A stretch of DNA of 64,000 bases from an uncultured Lachnospiraceae bacterium (GCA_947173945.1 CAMWGV010000010.1:56-64055); one strand, 5' to 3'. Shown: positions 39,607 to 51,283, numbered from the stretch's first letter. Translations and numbers: made by a program. Notes: generated by a model not told the origin, from the sequence alone.

Positions 39607-40704
39607 ATGAAACTCGGAATCGTCGGGCTCCCGAACGTGGGAAAAAGTACATTATTTAACTCGTTGACAAAGGCAGGGGCGGAATCTGCAAACTATCCGT
39701 TCTGTACAATAGACCCTAACGTTGGGATTGTTCCCGTGCCGGATAAAAGACTGGATGCTTTGACTAAAATGTATAATTCTGCAAAAACTACACCTGCAGT
39801 TATTGAGTTTGTGGATATTGCGGGACTTGTGAAAGGAGCATCAAAGGGTGAGGGACTTGGTAACCAGTTTCTTTCTAATATAAGAGAGACGGATGCAATC
39901 GTACATGTTGTAAGATGCTTTGAGGATTCCAATGTAATTCATGTCGATGGCAGCGTTGACCCGATTCGGGATATTGAGACAATAAATCTTGAGCTTATAT
40001 TTGCAGATGTGGAAGTGTTGGACAGAAGAATTGCAAAGACGGTAAGAGGTGCAAATAACAACAAGACTCTTGCAAAGGAGCTTGAGCTTCAAAAGAAAGT
40101 AAAGGAGCATCTTGAGGAGGGAAAGCTTGCAATATCATATACGACTGATGACGAGGACGAGCTTAAATGGCTGAAAGAGTATAACCTTCTTACAGGTAAG
40201 CCTGTTATATATGCAGCTAATGTTTCTGAGGATGATATAGCAGACGATGGTGCGTCAAATGAGTATGTTCAGAAGGTAAGGGAATATGCAGGAAAGTTCG
40301 GTAGTGAGGTATTTGCCGTATGTGCCCAGATTGAACAGGAGATATCAGAGCTTGACGATGATGAGAAAATGATGTTTTTAGAGGAGCTTGGCGTTTCGGA
40401 GTCAGGTCTTGATAAGCTTATCAAGGCAAGCTATTCACTTCTTGGACTTATCAGTTACCTTACTTCAGGTGAGGATGAGACGAGAGCGTGGACGATTACA
40501 AAGGGAACAAAGGCACCTCAGGCAGCAGGAAAAATACACACGGATTTTGAAAGAGGCTTTATAAAGGCAGAGGTAGTTGCGTTTAGTGACCTTATGGAAG
40601 CGGGTACAATGCTTGCAGCAAAGGAAAAGGGGCTTGTAAGACAGGAAGGTAAGGAGTATGTTGTTAAGGATGGAGATGTAATTCTGTTCAAATTTAATGT
40701 ATAG
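39607..40704 (+). CDS. ychF: Redox-regulated ATPase YchF
   Basis: GIVGLPNVGKST, NYPFCTIDPN, DIAGLV and GLGNQFL motifs. Confidence 0.97.
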   Translation: MKLGIVGLPNVGKSTLFNSLTKAGAESANYPFCTIDPNVGIVPVPDKRLDALTKMYNSAKTTPAVIEFVDIAGLVKGASKGEGLGNQFLSNIRETDAIVHVVRCFEDSNVIHVDGSVDPIRDIETINLELIFADVEVLDRRIAKTVRGANNNKTLAKELELQKKVKEHLEEGKLAISYTTDDEDELKWLKEYNLLTGKPVIYAANVSEDDIADDGASNEYVQKVREYAGKFGSEVFAVCAQIEQEISELDDDEKMMFLEELGVSESGLDKLIKASYSLLGLISYLTSGEDETRAWTITKGTKAPQAAGKIHTDFERGFIKAEVVAFSDLMEAGTMLAAKEKGLVRQEGKEYVVKDGDVILFKFNV

Positions 40705-40714
40705 AGGTTAGAAT

Positions 40715-41653
40715 ATGTTTGATATAAGATTTCCGAATCTTGGAGTTGTTCTAAAAAACGTAAAGGATGGCTTTTCGGTTTTTGGATTTGAAATAAAATT
40801 TTATGGTATAGTAATTGCTCTTGGATTCCTGTTGGCATATATAGTAGTGTCAAAGGAGGCAAAGCGGACGGGACAAAATGATGAGCTTTACCTTGACTAT
40901 GTTCTCTGGCTTATTATTCCATCCATCATAGGTGCGAGGCTGTACTATATAATATTTAGCTGGAAAGACTATTTTCGTGCGGGAAAGGGCTTTAAGAATA
41001 CGTTTATTGATGTAATAAACATAAGAGGCGGCGGACTTGCCATATATGGCGGAATTATCGCAGGGGTAATTGTGACTGTTCTTTTCGCAAAAAAGAAAAA
41101 GGTGAAGTTTTCTCTTATGGCAGATACGGTATGCATAGGACTTTTGATTGGTCAGATAATGGGAAGATGGGGCAACTTTTTTAACAGAGAGGCCTTTGGA
41201 GAGTATACTGATTCTCTTTTTGCCATGTGTATTCCATTGGAGTACTTTAATGCCGGTTCCTCACTGAACGGACTAGTAAATGCCGGTGTCATAACACAAA
41301 AAATGGCTGAAAATATAGTTTCCATAGATGGAATGACCTGGATCAGCGTTCATCCTACATTCCTTTATGAATCCTTGTGGAATTTGGCACTGCTTATATT
41401 TATTATGGCTTACAGAAAGCATAAAAAATTTGATGGAGAAATGTTTCTTATGTACCTTTGGGGGTATGGACTTGGAAGAGTGTGGATAGAGGGCCTTAGA
41501 ACAGATTCCCTCCTGGTGCCGGGTATAAATGTAAGAGTATCACAGCTTCTTGCTGCTATATGTGTTTTAGCTGCGTCAATAATATTGATTAAGAAACGTA
41601 TGGACTATGTAAAAATGGCAGTTTCAGAAAGTAAAGTGGATGTGGAAGAATAA
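40715..41653 (+). CDS. lgt: Prolipoprotein diacylglyceryl transferase
   Basis: GARLYY, GGLAIYGG, GRWGNFFNREAFG and HPTFLYES motifs. Confidence 0.95.
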   Translation: MFDIRFPNLGVVLKNVKDGFSVFGFEIKFYGIVIALGFLLAYIVVSKEAKRTGQNDELYLDYVLWLIIPSIIGARLYYIIFSWKDYFRAGKGFKNTFIDVINIRGGGLAIYGGIIAGVIVTVLFAKKKKVKFSLMADTVCIGLLIGQIMGRWGNFFNREAFGEYTDSLFAMCIPLEYFNAGSSLNGLVNAGVITQKMAENIVSIDGMTWISVHPTFLYESLWNLALLIFIMAYRKHKKFDGEMFLMYLWGYGLGRVWIEGLRTDSLLVPGINVRVSQLLAAICVLAASIILIKKRMDYVKMAVSESKVDVEE

Positions 41654-41718
41654 AAGAATTGTACAAAATGCACAAAAATAAAACGTGTGTTTTGTTATGT
41701 TTTTAAGCTTATATGATG

Positions 41719-41755
41719 AAAGAATTGCAATTTGCCTATTGCAATTCTTTTTTTT
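41719..41755 (+). terminator. Rho-independent terminator after lgt
   Basis: aaagaattgcaat-ttgcct-attgcaattcttt followed by a T run. Confidence 0.8.
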
Positions 41756-41774
41756 ATGTAATAAAATGAGTGAA

Positions 41775-41810
41775 GTGGATGTGAAGTGGTGCTACAGTGT
41801 AGTACAGTGG
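41775..41810 (+). promoter_or_regulatory. MraZ-binding direct repeats
   Basis: GTGG/GTGT boxes at 41775, 41786, 41797 and 41807 (10-11 bp period) upstream of mraZ, matching the known MraZ box architecture. Confidence 0.75.
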
Positions 41811-41878
41811 AGTTACATAATACATCTACAGTATACCTTGGGAAGACGTTCTTACAGGTGGAAAGGAAAAAGCGGAAG

Positions 41879-42322
41879 ATGACAAAGGGCATGAAGGGCC
41901 AATCGAATCATAATCTGGACACAAAGGGCAGATTAATTATACCGGCGAGACTGAGGTACGGTCTTGGCGATAATTTTGTGCTTTGTAAGGGAATGGATCA
42001 TAACATTTACGCCTATCCGGAAAGTGAGTGGGAAGCATTTTCAGAAAAGTTAAATGCTTTGCCTGTATCGGATGTAAATGCCCGTAAGTTTAAAATTTTC
42101 TTCCAGGGCTCAGCAACTGACTGTGAAGTCGACGGACAATTCAGAATTGTTATTCCACAGACTCTTCGAACATGGGCAAACATAGATAAAGAGGTAGTGC
42201 TTGTAGGAAACGGTTCCATAGCTGAAATATGGGACAAGGATTCATGGGAGAAGTTTAACGATGTTGAAGAGTTGGATATCAATGAGATATCTATGGATGT
42301 AAGCTCAAAATATGGAATATAG
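41879..42322 (+). CDS. mraZ: Division/cell wall cluster transcriptional repressor MraZ
   Basis: HNLDTKGRLIIP and DGQFRIVIP motifs. The start could also be 41891. Confidence 0.93.
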   Translation: MTKGMKGQSNHNLDTKGRLIIPARLRYGLGDNFVLCKGMDHNIYAYPESEWEAFSEKLNALPVSDVNARKFKIFFQGSATDCEVDGQFRIVIPQTLRTWANIDKEVVLVGNGSIAEIWDKDSWEKFNDVEELDINEISMDVSSKYGI

Positions 42323-42332
42323 GAGATAGTAA

Positions 42333-43277
42333 ATGGAATTTAAGCACATTTCGGTTCTTCTGAATGAAACAATAGAGAGCTTGAATATAAAACCAGGTGG
42401 AATATATGTTGATGGAACCTTAGGCGGTGGGGGACATTCTTTGGAAATATGTAAGCATCTTGGCGATGGAGGAAGGTTAATCGGACTTGATCAGGATATG
42501 GATGCAATAGCCGCTGCAACGAAAAGACTTGTTAATTACATGGATAAGGTAACAATTGTCCATAGTAATTATCAGGATATAGACTCCGTATTAAAAGGAC
42601 TATCCATTGGCGGTGTCGATGGGATAGTCCTCGACCTCGGAGTATCTTCTTATCAGCTTGATAATGTTGAGAGAGGATTTACTTACAAGGAAGATACGCC
42701 GCTTGATATGCGTATGGATCAGAGCATGGGTATAACTGCCAAAGACATAGTGAATGATTACTCCGAGATGGAATTGTTCCGGGTGATTAGAGACTATGGC
42801 GAGGATGGCTTTGCCAAAAATATTGCAAAGCATATTGTGAAAGCAAGGCAGGACAAGCCAATAGAAACGACAGGCGAGCTGAATGAGATAATTAAAGCAG
42901 CCATTCCTGCCAGAGTAAGGCAGGGAACAGGTCATCCATCCAAGAAAACATTTCAGGCTATCCGAATTGAACTGAATCACGAATTAGACGTTTTGGAAAA
43001 TTCCATAGACAAAATGATAGAACTTCTGAATCCGGGAGGACGACTTGCGATTATAACGTTTCATTCTCTTGAGGATAGAATAGTAAAAACTATTTTTAAA
43101 AGAAATATGTATCCATGTATATGCCCACCGAATTTTCCGGTGTGTACATGTGGCAGAATATCGAAAGGAACAGTTGTTACAAGAAAACCGATTGTACCGG
43201 GAGAAGAGGAACTTAGTATAAATAAGAGAGCAAAAAGCTCGAAGCTAAGGGTATTTGAAAGGAAGATGATCACATGA
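42333..43277 (+). CDS. rsmH: 16S rRNA (C1402-N4)-methyltransferase
   Basis: [35 protein letters not shown] and FHSLEDR motifs. Confidence 0.97.
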   Translation: MEFKHISVLLNETIESLNIKPGGIYVDGTLGGGGHSLEICKHLGDGGRLIGLDQDMDAIAAATKRLVNYMDKVTIVHSNYQDIDSVLKGLSIGGVDGIVLDLGVSSYQLDNVERGFTYKEDTPLDMRMDQSMGITAKDIVNDYSEMELFRVIRDYGEDGFAKNIAKHIVKARQDKPIETTGELNEIIKAAIPARVRQGTGHPSKKTFQAIRIELNHELDVLENSIDKMIELLNPGGRLAIITFHSLEDRIVKTIFKRNMYPCICPPNFPVCTCGRISKGTVVTRKPIVPGEEELSINKRAKSSKLRVFERKMIT

Positions 43278-43774
43278 ATGAAAGAATAAAAAACATGTAT
43301 TACATAGAGGGTAGTGCAGTAAGAAAAGTTGAGGCAGTACCTGAGAGACATGAAAGACCGGAAAGGCACGAGCGACCTGAAAGAGAGCAAAGAAAGGGAC
43401 AGACAAGAAAAAACAGGCAGAATATACCGGCATCGCTTGACAGGGCACTCGCTTTTGACCTTAAGTATACAATATTCGTTGTGTCAGCTGTTTTTATTAT
43501 GATAGCAGCGTGTACGACGATGCTTTTTATGGAATCTAGAGTAAAGGAACAGCAAGATAATATAAACAGCTTAGAGGCACAGCTTGAAGCGATTCAGACA
43601 GATAATGCGTCATATAAGGCAAGTGTGGATAGCATGTATACATTAGATGAGATATATGATGTAGCTACCAATGAACTTGGAATGGTGTATGCAAGAAACG
43701 GACAGATTGTATATTATGACAGTGCCGATGAGGATTACGTAAAACAGTATCAGGATGTTCCTGAGGCGAATTAG
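43274..43774 (+). CDS. ftsL: FtsL-like cell division protein
   Basis: Position after rsmH; single TM plus coiled coil; ATNELGMV motif. Confidence 0.7.
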   Translation: MNERIKNMYYIEGSAVRKVEAVPERHERPERHERPEREQRKGQTRKNRQNIPASLDRALAFDLKYTIFVVSAVFIMIAACTTMLFMESRVKEQQDNINSLEAQLEAIQTDNASYKASVDSMYTLDEIYDVATNELGMVYARNGQIVYYDSADEDYVKQYQDVPEAN

Positions 43775-43824
43775 TCTCGGGAGATTTTGATGTTTGGGAA
43801 ATATAACAAAGGTGGAATGCTGCT

Positions 43825-45882
43825 GTGGCAAAGAGAAGGAAAAAAAGAAGAAAATTTCTGGCGAGGATGAAGACAAGACTGCTTATTGCACTTGGAATAT
43901 TCCTGGGCATTTTCGCTGTTCTTGTTTTCAGACTTATACTGTTAAATGTAAATGACGGTGCGAGATATGAACAGAAGGTACTTGCACAGCAGGGATATAC
44001 CAGCACTGCTATACCATATAGGCGTGGAGATATCGTTGATAAAAATGGAACTGTGCTCGCCACGACAAAAAAAGTATACAATCTTATTCTGGAACCAAAG
44101 AATATACTGAATCCCATAAATAAAAAATCGACTGACATTACAAAAAACGCATTAAAAAAATATTTTGATATGTCGGATGAAGAAATAAATAAGTTTCTTA
44201 AAAATGAAGAATCCTATTATGAGATAGCCAGAAAAAAATTGGAATATGATGTGGTGAAGCCGTTTGATGACTACAGAAAATCAGACGAGGGAAAGCTTGT
44301 ATCAGGTGTTTATTTTGAGGAGGAATATGTAAGGGTATATCCTAACAATGAACTGGCCTGCCATATTCTTGGCTTTACAGTAAGTGGAAATGTTGGAATG
44401 TATGGAATAGAGCAGGAATACAACAGCTATCTGAATGGAAGCAATGGCAGGGAATACTCCTATTTAAATGACGATTACAGTATGACAAATACACTGGAAC
44501 CGGCAGTAAATGGTTACAACCTTGTCACAAGCATAGATGCAAAGCTACAGTCTCTCGTTCAGGAAAATGTGGACGAGTTTATGGCTGGTGAAGAAAGTGC
44601 AAAAAATGTTTCGGTGCTTATTATGGATCCTCAGACATGTAATGTGCTTGCACTTTATAACTCACATACTTTTGACCCGAATGATGCTTACGACCTTGAA
44701 GCGACAAGGTATCAGTTTCCGGAAATGTCAGATGACGAATTCAAGGAATATATGAAAAATGCATCTGACGAGGAGACGGTTAATGCATTGAATAAGCTTT
44801 GGAGAAATTTTGCAATCAGTGATGTTTATGAACCGGGCTCCACGTATAAAGCTTTTACGGTTGCCGGAGCTTTGGAAGAAAATGTGATAAACAGTAATGA
44901 CACATTTCTTTGCGATGGTGGAGAACAAAAGGATATATATTATGTAAAATGCTGGTATCATGCAGGACATGGTATGGAGACGATTGCACAGTCACTTGAA
45001 AATTCGTGTAATGATGCACTCATGCAGATTGCTGCTGCTGAGGGGGCTACAAACTTTGACAAATATCAGGTGAGATTTGGTTTTGGACAAATGACCAATT
45101 TGGACATTCCGGGAGAACCGGATGCAGACTCATTTGCAACTGTTATATACCATAGAGACAGGCTGAATGAAGTGGAACTTGCAACGTCCTCATTCGGACA
45201 AGGCTTGTGTGTATCCATGATACAGCTTGGAACAGCATTCTGTTCCCTAATAAATGGAGGCTATTATTATGAGCCGAGCATTGTTCAAAGAATACAAGAT
45301 GAAAATGGAAATATAATTGATAATAAAGAAAATGTTCTTGTAAGAAGAACGATATCAGAGGAAACCTCAGCAACAATGAGAGATATATTGTTTAAGGTTA
45401 TCGATCAGGGTACCGGCGAACAGGCAAGCGTTGAGGGATATGAGGTCGGTGGAAAAAGTGGTACAGCAGAGAAGCTGCCAAGAGGAAATGGTAAATATAT
45501 ACTTTCCTTTATAGGCTTTGCACCGATTGATAACCCACAGGTCATGATATATGTTGTTGTGGACGAGCCGGGAAAGCAGTCTGACAGCCTTGCAGCAAAA
45601 AATTTGTTCAGGGAGATTGCAGAGGATGTATTTCCATACATGAACATTTATAAGCTGAATGACAATTACAATCTGGATTTGACAAATACAACCAATGAAG
45701 TTGTTGATTCTATATATGGAGACGTTATTCCTGAAAATGATATGGCAAGCGGTGAAAATCCGTATGGTGATAGCACAGGAGGGGATACTACAGAGGAACC
45801 GGAAGAAGGGGAAACAACGGAAGGAGAAAATACTGAAGAACCGGAGAACACAGAAGAAAGTACAGAAGAATCAACGGAATAA
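43825..45882 (+). CDS. Class B penicillin-binding protein (FtsI-like) with acidic C-terminal tail
   Basis: YRRGDIVD, RVYP, EPGSTYK (SxxK), SCN and KSGT motifs. Confidence 0.92.
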   Translation: MAKRRKKRRKFLARMKTRLLIALGIFLGIFAVLVFRLILLNVNDGARYEQKVLAQQGYTSTAIPYRRGDIVDKNGTVLATTKKVYNLILEPKNILNPINKKSTDITKNALKKYFDMSDEEINKFLKNEESYYEIARKKLEYDVVKPFDDYRKSDEGKLVSGVYFEEEYVRVYPNNELACHILGFTVSGNVGMYGIEQEYNSYLNGSNGREYSYLNDDYSMTNTLEPAVNGYNLVTSIDAKLQSLVQENVDEFMAGEESAKNVSVLIMDPQTCNVLALYNSHTFDPNDAYDLEATRYQFPEMSDDEFKEYMKNASDEETVNALNKLWRNFAISDVYEPGSTYKAFTVAGALEENVINSNDTFLCDGGEQKDIYYVKCWYHAGHGMETIAQSLENSCNDALMQIAAAEGATNFDKYQVRFGFGQMTNLDIPGEPDADSFATVIYHRDRLNEVELATSSFGQGLCVSMIQLGTAFCSLINGGYYYEPSIVQRIQDENGNIIDNKENVLVRRTISEETSATMRDILFKVIDQGTGEQASVEGYEVGGKSGTAEKLPRGNGKYILSFIGFAPIDNPQVMIYVVVDEPGKQSDSLAAKNLFREIAEDVFPYMNIYKLNDNYNLDLTNTTNEVVDSIYGDVIPENDMASGENPYGDSTGGDTTEEPEEGETTEGENTEEPENTEESTEESTE

Positions 45883-45954
45883 TGCTTTCGGTTGTTATAC
45901 AATCTGCAAAATAACAATACAATGAAAGTAAGATTGTAAAATGGAAGATGGAAA

Positions 45955-47739
45955 ATGTCTGACAACAAATCAAATCTGTTTGTTGTGCACAATATGCACA
46001 GACTCAGTGTTTTCATTGGCTTCGTTATATTGTTTTCGGCTGTGGTTATAGCCAGACTTACCAATATAATGGTGTTGGAATCTGAAAAGTATGCAGGACT
46101 TGCAATTCAGATTCAGGAGAGGGAGCGGAGTATAAAAGCAAGACGGGGATTGATATATGACAGAAATGGTACATGTCTTGCAAGTAATAAACCGGTATGC
46201 TCCATCTCAGTCATACACAGCCAAATAACGGATGCAGAAACCGTAATAAAGACCTTGTCAACCAAGCTTGGCATGGATGAAGCGGAAATAAGAAAAAGAG
46301 TGGAGAAGGTTTCATCCAGAGAAAAAATAAAGAGCAATGTAGATAAGGAACTGGCAGATGAAATCAGGGAAATGAATCTGGATGGAGTGATGGTTGATGA
46401 TGATTATAAGAGGTATTACCCTTATGAAACACTTGCATCTAAGGTCATTGGATTTACGGGAGCTGACAATCAGGGAATTGTTGGAATAGAGGTATGGTAT
46501 GATGAGGTGCTGTCCGGTATAAATGGAAGCATTAATACACTTACTGACGCCAAGGGAATAGAAGTAGAAAATAAGGCAAAAAACAGGGTTGAACCCATAC
46601 CGGGGAATAATCTTGTACTTACAATAGATGTAAATATTCAAAGCTATGCAGAATCAAAGGCTATGGAGGTGCTTCAAAAAAAATCGGCAAAAAGAGTGTG
46701 TATTATAGTTATGAATCCGCAAAATGGGGAAATATATGCACTGGCAGATGTGCCGGAATACAACCTTAATAAGCCGTTTGAATTAAATATATCAAGTGAT
46801 GATGAAACCGGAAGCACGCAGGATAAGCTCAATAAAATGTGGAGATGCTTTTGTATCAGTGATACTTATGAACCCGGCTCTGCATTTAAGATTGCAACGG
46901 CGGCTTCAGCCCTTGAGGAGGGTGTTGTTTCTGAAAATGATGGATTTTACTGTCCGGGTTACAGGGTTGTTGACGACCGGAGGATAAGATGCCATAAGGT
47001 ATCCGGCCATGGACAGGAAACCTTCAAGGAAGGAATTATGAATTCCTGCAATCCTGTTTTTATGGATGTAGGAGCAAGGCTTGGCGTTGATAATTTTTAT
47101 AAACATCTGAAAGCCTTGGGACTTTTTGAAAAAACCGGAGTTGATTTGCCGGGCGAAGCCACATCAATATTTCACAAGCAGGAAAATGTCAAAACAGTTG
47201 ATATGGCTGTAATGTCATTTGGACAGTCTTTTCAGATTACACCTTTGCAGCTTGTGAGAGCAGTGTCAGCAGTGATAAATGGGGGAAAGCTTGTAACACC
47301 TCATTTTGGATTATATATTACAGATGAAAATAACAATATTATAGAAAAGCTGAAATATCCGGAAAAGGAAAATGCCATAAGTACTGAGACATCAGAGGAA
47401 ATGAAATATCTTCTGGACGCAGTCGTGTCTGAGGGTACTGGTGGAAAGGCATATGTTGAAGGATATAAAATAGGCGGAAAAACAGCAACAAGTGAAAAGC
47501 TTCCAAGAGGAAACGGAAAATATATCGCTTCCTTTGTTGGATTTGCACCATCAGATAATCCACAGGTATTGACCCTGGTTCTGATAGATGAACCACAGGG
47601 ATTATATTATGGCGGAACAATTGCCGCACCGGTTGCAGGGGAAGTATTCAGGAATATTCTACCTTACCTGGGATTTGAAAAAAGTGCTGTTGAAGAGGAA
47701 AAGAAAAGTACAGACGTATTTATTGATACCGTGTACTAA
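45955..47739 (+). CDS. Class B penicillin-binding protein (SpoVD/FtsI-like)
   Basis: RRGLIYDRNG, EPGSAFK, SCNP and KTAT motifs. Confidence 0.92.
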   Translation: MSDNKSNLFVVHNMHRLSVFIGFVILFSAVVIARLTNIMVLESEKYAGLAIQIQERERSIKARRGLIYDRNGTCLASNKPVCSISVIHSQITDAETVIKTLSTKLGMDEAEIRKRVEKVSSREKIKSNVDKELADEIREMNLDGVMVDDDYKRYYPYETLASKVIGFTGADNQGIVGIEVWYDEVLSGINGSINTLTDAKGIEVENKAKNRVEPIPGNNLVLTIDVNIQSYAESKAMEVLQKKSAKRVCIIVMNPQNGEIYALADVPEYNLNKPFELNISSDDETGSTQDKLNKMWRCFCISDTYEPGSAFKIATAASALEEGVVSENDGFYCPGYRVVDDRRIRCHKVSGHGQETFKEGIMNSCNPVFMDVGARLGVDNFYKHLKALGLFEKTGVDLPGEATSIFHKQENVKTVDMAVMSFGQSFQITPLQLVRAVSAVINGGKLVTPHFGLYITDENNNIIEKLKYPEKENAISTETSEEMKYLLDAVVSEGTGGKAYVEGYKIGGKTATSEKLPRGNGKYIASFVGFAPSDNPQVLTLVLIDEPQGLYYGGTIAAPVAGEVFRNILPYLGFEKSAVEEEKKSTDVFIDTVY

Positions 47740-47782
47740 ATATAAACCGGAACCTGAAAGGTTCAGGAAAGGGAGCAGAGAT

Positions 47783-48742
47783 ATGAATAAAAATGATGTT
47801 ATATTACCGATACTTATCTCCTTTGGAATAAGTGTAATATTAAGTCCTATAGTGATTCCTTTTTTAAAGAAGCTTAAATTCGGACAGTTTGTAAGGGATG
47901 ACGGGCCTGAGTCACATCTTAAAAAATCAGGTACACCAACTATGGGAGGACTTATCATTTTAGTCAGCATAGTTATAACATCATTATTTTACCTGAAAGA
48001 TTATCCGAGGATAATACCTGTTCTTTTTGCGACACTCGGTTTTGGAATAATCGGGTTTTTGGATGACTATATCAAGGTTGTTATGAAACGTTCCATGGGG
48101 CTCCGTGCATGGCAGAAAATGCTTGGACAGTTAGTCATAACAGGGGTATTTGCTTATTATATATATGCACACACCGACCTTGGTACAGATATAATTATAC
48201 CGTTTATGAATAAAAGCATTGATATAGAATGGTTATACTTTCCATTGATGTTTTTTGTCATGCTTGGTACTGTAAACGGAGCAAACTTTACGGACGGACT
48301 GGATGGACTTGCTTCATCCGTTACAGTGCTTATAGCAACATTTTTTACGATAGTTGCTGTGGCATTCAGATCGGGAATAGAGCCGATTACATGTGCAACA
48401 GTAGGAAGTCTTCTGGGCTTTCTTGTATATAACGTATATCCGGCGAGAGTGTTTATGGGAGACACAGGTTCATTAGCCTTGGGAGGCTTTGTGGCCTCCA
48501 CGGCATATGTACTGAAAATGCCGCTTATCATTCTTATTGTGGCATTTATATATTTTGCTGAAGTGCTTTCTGTTATTATACAGGTCACTTATTTCAAGAA
48601 GACAGGCAAGAGAGTATTCAAAATGGCTCCTATCCACCATCACTTTGAACTGTGTGGCTGGCCGGAGACAAAGGTAGTAGCAATCTTCTCCATAATTACA
48701 GCAATTCTTTGCTTAGTTGGTATGCTTGCCGTGAATGTTTAG
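47783..48742 (+). CDS. mraY: Phospho-N-acetylmuramoyl-pentapeptide transferase
   Basis: KSGTPTMGG, GFLDD, NFTDGLDG, FMGDTGS and MAPIHHHFEL motifs; RBS gggag before ATG 47783. Confidence 0.97.
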   Translation: MNKNDVILPILISFGISVILSPIVIPFLKKLKFGQFVRDDGPESHLKKSGTPTMGGLIILVSIVITSLFYLKDYPRIIPVLFATLGFGIIGFLDDYIKVVMKRSMGLRAWQKMLGQLVITGVFAYYIYAHTDLGTDIIIPFMNKSIDIEWLYFPLMFFVMLGTVNGANFTDGLDGLASSVTVLIATFFTIVAVAFRSGIEPITCATVGSLLGFLVYNVYPARVFMGDTGSLALGGFVASTAYVLKMPLIILIVAFIYFAEVLSVIIQVTYFKKTGKRVFKMAPIHHHFELCGWPETKVVAIFSIITAILCLVGMLAVNV

Positions 48743-48761
48743 TTCAACAGGGAGGAAAAGG

Positions 48762-50120
48762 ATGTTTGAGAAAAAGGTTTTGGTTGCAGGAGCAGGAAAG
48801 AGCGGAATAAGTGCCGCCAGGCTTTTGCTTAGAAACAATGCAAAAGTAATATTGTTTGATGAAAACAAAGAAATTGACGTTGAAGATTTAAATAAAAGGA
48901 TAACAGATGGAAAGAAAAGTGAAGCATTGGAAATAGTCTTGGGAGAGCTTGATGCCCAGATAATAAACCAGTGTGAGATTATGGTTATAAGCCCGGGCAT
49001 ACCTACAGATGCAGATTTTGCCATTCAGGTAAAAGAGGCTGGCATTGCCTTGTGGAGCGAGATAGAACTGGCATATTTCTTTGAGAAGGGATGTGTCGCT
49101 GCAATAACAGGGACAAATGGTAAGACTACAACGACCACTCTCGTAGGAGAAATTATAAAAGCATACAACGCTAAAACAATCGTAGTCGGAAATATAGGTA
49201 CACCATATACAAGCTTTGCAGATAATACAGATCAGGATTCTGCTACGGTGGCTGAAATCAGCAGCTTCCAGCTTGAGACAATACATAAATTCAAGCCTCA
49301 TGTAAGTGCAATATTGAATATTACACCTGATCATCTGAACCGACATTATACATTTGAAAATTATGCCGGCTGTAAGCTCGACATAACGAAAAACCAGACA
49401 AAAGATGACTATGCAGTTATAAATTATGATGATGAAGAAACAAGGAAGCTTGCAGATAAAATTCCTGCAAGAACGATACCGTTTAGCAGGCTTTCCGTTC
49501 TCGAAGAAGGAGTGTATGTTGAGGATGGAAAAATTGTAATAAGCGACGCAGATGTCAAAACAGAGGTTCTTAGTCTTACGGACATAAAGCTTTTAGGAAC
49601 CCATAATATTGAAAACGTGCTTGCTGCAGTTGGCATTTCCTACTATATGGGAGTGCCTGTAGACATAATAAGAAAGGTATGTACTGAATTCAAGGGAGTT
49701 GAGCATAGAATTGAATATGTGGCTACAATTGACGGTGTAGCATATTACAATGATTCGAAAGGCACGAACCCTGATGCTGCTATTAAGGCAGTTCAGGCAA
49801 TGACAACAAGCACTCTGCTGATTGGAGGAGGATATGATAAACATTCCTCATATGATGAGTGGATTGAGAGCTTTGAGGACAAAATCAAATACCTTGTGCT
49901 TATAGGTGAAACAGCAAATGATATAGAATGCTGTGCAAAAAAACATGGCTTTAACAATACAGTGATATTAGACAGCTTAAAGGATGCGGTAAACTTCTGC
50001 CATGAGCATGCCGTTTCAGGGGATGCGGTTCTGCTATCGCCTGCATGCGCAAGCTGGGGAATGTTTGATAACTACGAACAACGCGGTGATATGTTCAAAA
50101 GCTATGTGCACGAGCTATAA
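48762..50120 (+). CDS. murD: UDP-N-acetylmuramoyl-L-alanine--D-glutamate ligase
   Basis: ITGTNGKTTTT, EISSFQL, NITPDHL, NDSKGTN and SPACASWGMF motifs. Confidence 0.97.
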   Translation: MFEKKVLVAGAGKSGISAARLLLRNNAKVILFDENKEIDVEDLNKRITDGKKSEALEIVLGELDAQIINQCEIMVISPGIPTDADFAIQVKEAGIALWSEIELAYFFEKGCVAAITGTNGKTTTTTLVGEIIKAYNAKTIVVGNIGTPYTSFADNTDQDSATVAEISSFQLETIHKFKPHVSAILNITPDHLNRHYTFENYAGCKLDITKNQTKDDYAVINYDDEETRKLADKIPARTIPFSRLSVLEEGVYVEDGKIVISDADVKTEVLSLTDIKLLGTHNIENVLAAVGISYYMGVPVDIIRKVCTEFKGVEHRIEYVATIDGVAYYNDSKGTNPDAAIKAVQAMTTSTLLIGGGYDKHSSYDEWIESFEDKIKYLVLIGETANDIECCAKKHGFNNTVILDSLKDAVNFCHEHAVSGDAVLLSPACASWGMFDNYEQRGDMFKSYVHEL

Positions 50121-50134
50121 GGAGTGATTAATTA

Positions 50135-51283
50135 GTGGATAGAGTTGGCGAAACAACCTCATCACAAAAAAATAGAAGAACACTTAATAACAGCTTTTGG
50201 GTCAAAGGCGGATATTTTGATTACCAGATTTTGTTCATTATCATGGTTATAGTATTATTTGGCGTTATGATGGTGTACAGCTCAAGCTCCTACAGAGCTG
50301 TTTTAAATGGACTTCCAAGCTCTTATTTTGCAAAACGACAGGCAGAGTTCGCTGTACTTGGAATTGTTGTTATGATAATAACTTCCAAGGTGAATTACAG
50401 ATATTACCGACAATTGTCAATGCTTTTTATGTATGTGTCAATTGCCCTGTCAGCACTGGTTTTTGTTATTGGTACAGCCAGTCATGGAGCTACAAGATGG
50501 ATTCCGTTGGGACCGATACATTTCCAGCCGTCAGAAATTGCAAAGCCTGCAATTATTATATACATGGCACATGCGTGTGTGACGCAGTCATCGCTTCTGA
50601 ACAGTATAAAAGGAATAATAAGACTGATATTTTTACCCACTGTGTGTGTTGTACTTATAGGAAAGGAAAACCTGAGTACCGCAATTGTATGTTTTGCTAT
50701 CATTGTTGTCATTATGTTTGTTGCAAGTCCTAAATTCTGGAACCTGCTTATGTTGGGACTGGCAGGTGTGGCCGTTGCAGCGGCGGCAATTATGCTTGTT
50801 GGATATCGCGGTGACAGAATAGATGCATGGCTTCATCCTGAGACAAGCGAAAACGGATTTCAGACGATGCAGTCGCTTTACGCGATTGGTTCGGGAGGAT
50901 TATTTGGCAGGGGACTTGGAGAGAGCATACAGAAACTGGGATTTTTGCCGGAGTCTCATAATGACATGATTTTTTCAGTTATATGTGAAGAATTGGGACT
51001 TTTTGGAGCAATAGGAGTTATAAGTTTGTTTGTTATACTGCTGTTAAGATGCAGATATGTAGCAAACAATTCACCGGACAGCTTTGGCGGACTGCTTTGT
51101 ACAGGGGTCATCACCCACATCGCAGTACAGTTTATTATAAACATAGGTGTTGTAACAAATACAATACCGAATACGGGAGTTACACTTCCTTTTATAAGCT
51201 ATGGAGGTACCTCACTGGTATTTCTGCTCTTAGAAATGGGAATTGTGCTGGGAGTGTCAAGGCAAATGAGACCTGAAGTATAA
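50135..51283 (+). CDS. ftsW: FtsW/SpoVE peptidoglycan glycosyltransferase
   Basis: FQPSEIAK, FLPESHNDMIF and PFISYGG motifs. Confidence 0.92.
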   Translation: MDRVGETTSSQKNRRTLNNSFWVKGGYFDYQILFIIMVIVLFGVMMVYSSSSYRAVLNGLPSSYFAKRQAEFAVLGIVVMIITSKVNYRYYRQLSMLFMYVSIALSALVFVIGTASHGATRWIPLGPIHFQPSEIAKPAIIIYMAHACVTQSSLLNSIKGIIRLIFLPTVCVVLIGKENLSTAIVCFAIIVVIMFVASPKFWNLLMLGLAGVAVAAAAIMLVGYRGDRIDAWLHPETSENGFQTMQSLYAIGSGGLFGRGLGESIQKLGFLPESHNDMIFSVICEELGLFGAIGVISLFVILLLRCRYVANNSPDSFGGLLCTGVITHIAVQFIINIGVVTNTIPNTGVTLPFISYGGTSLVFLLLEMGIVLGVSRQMRPEV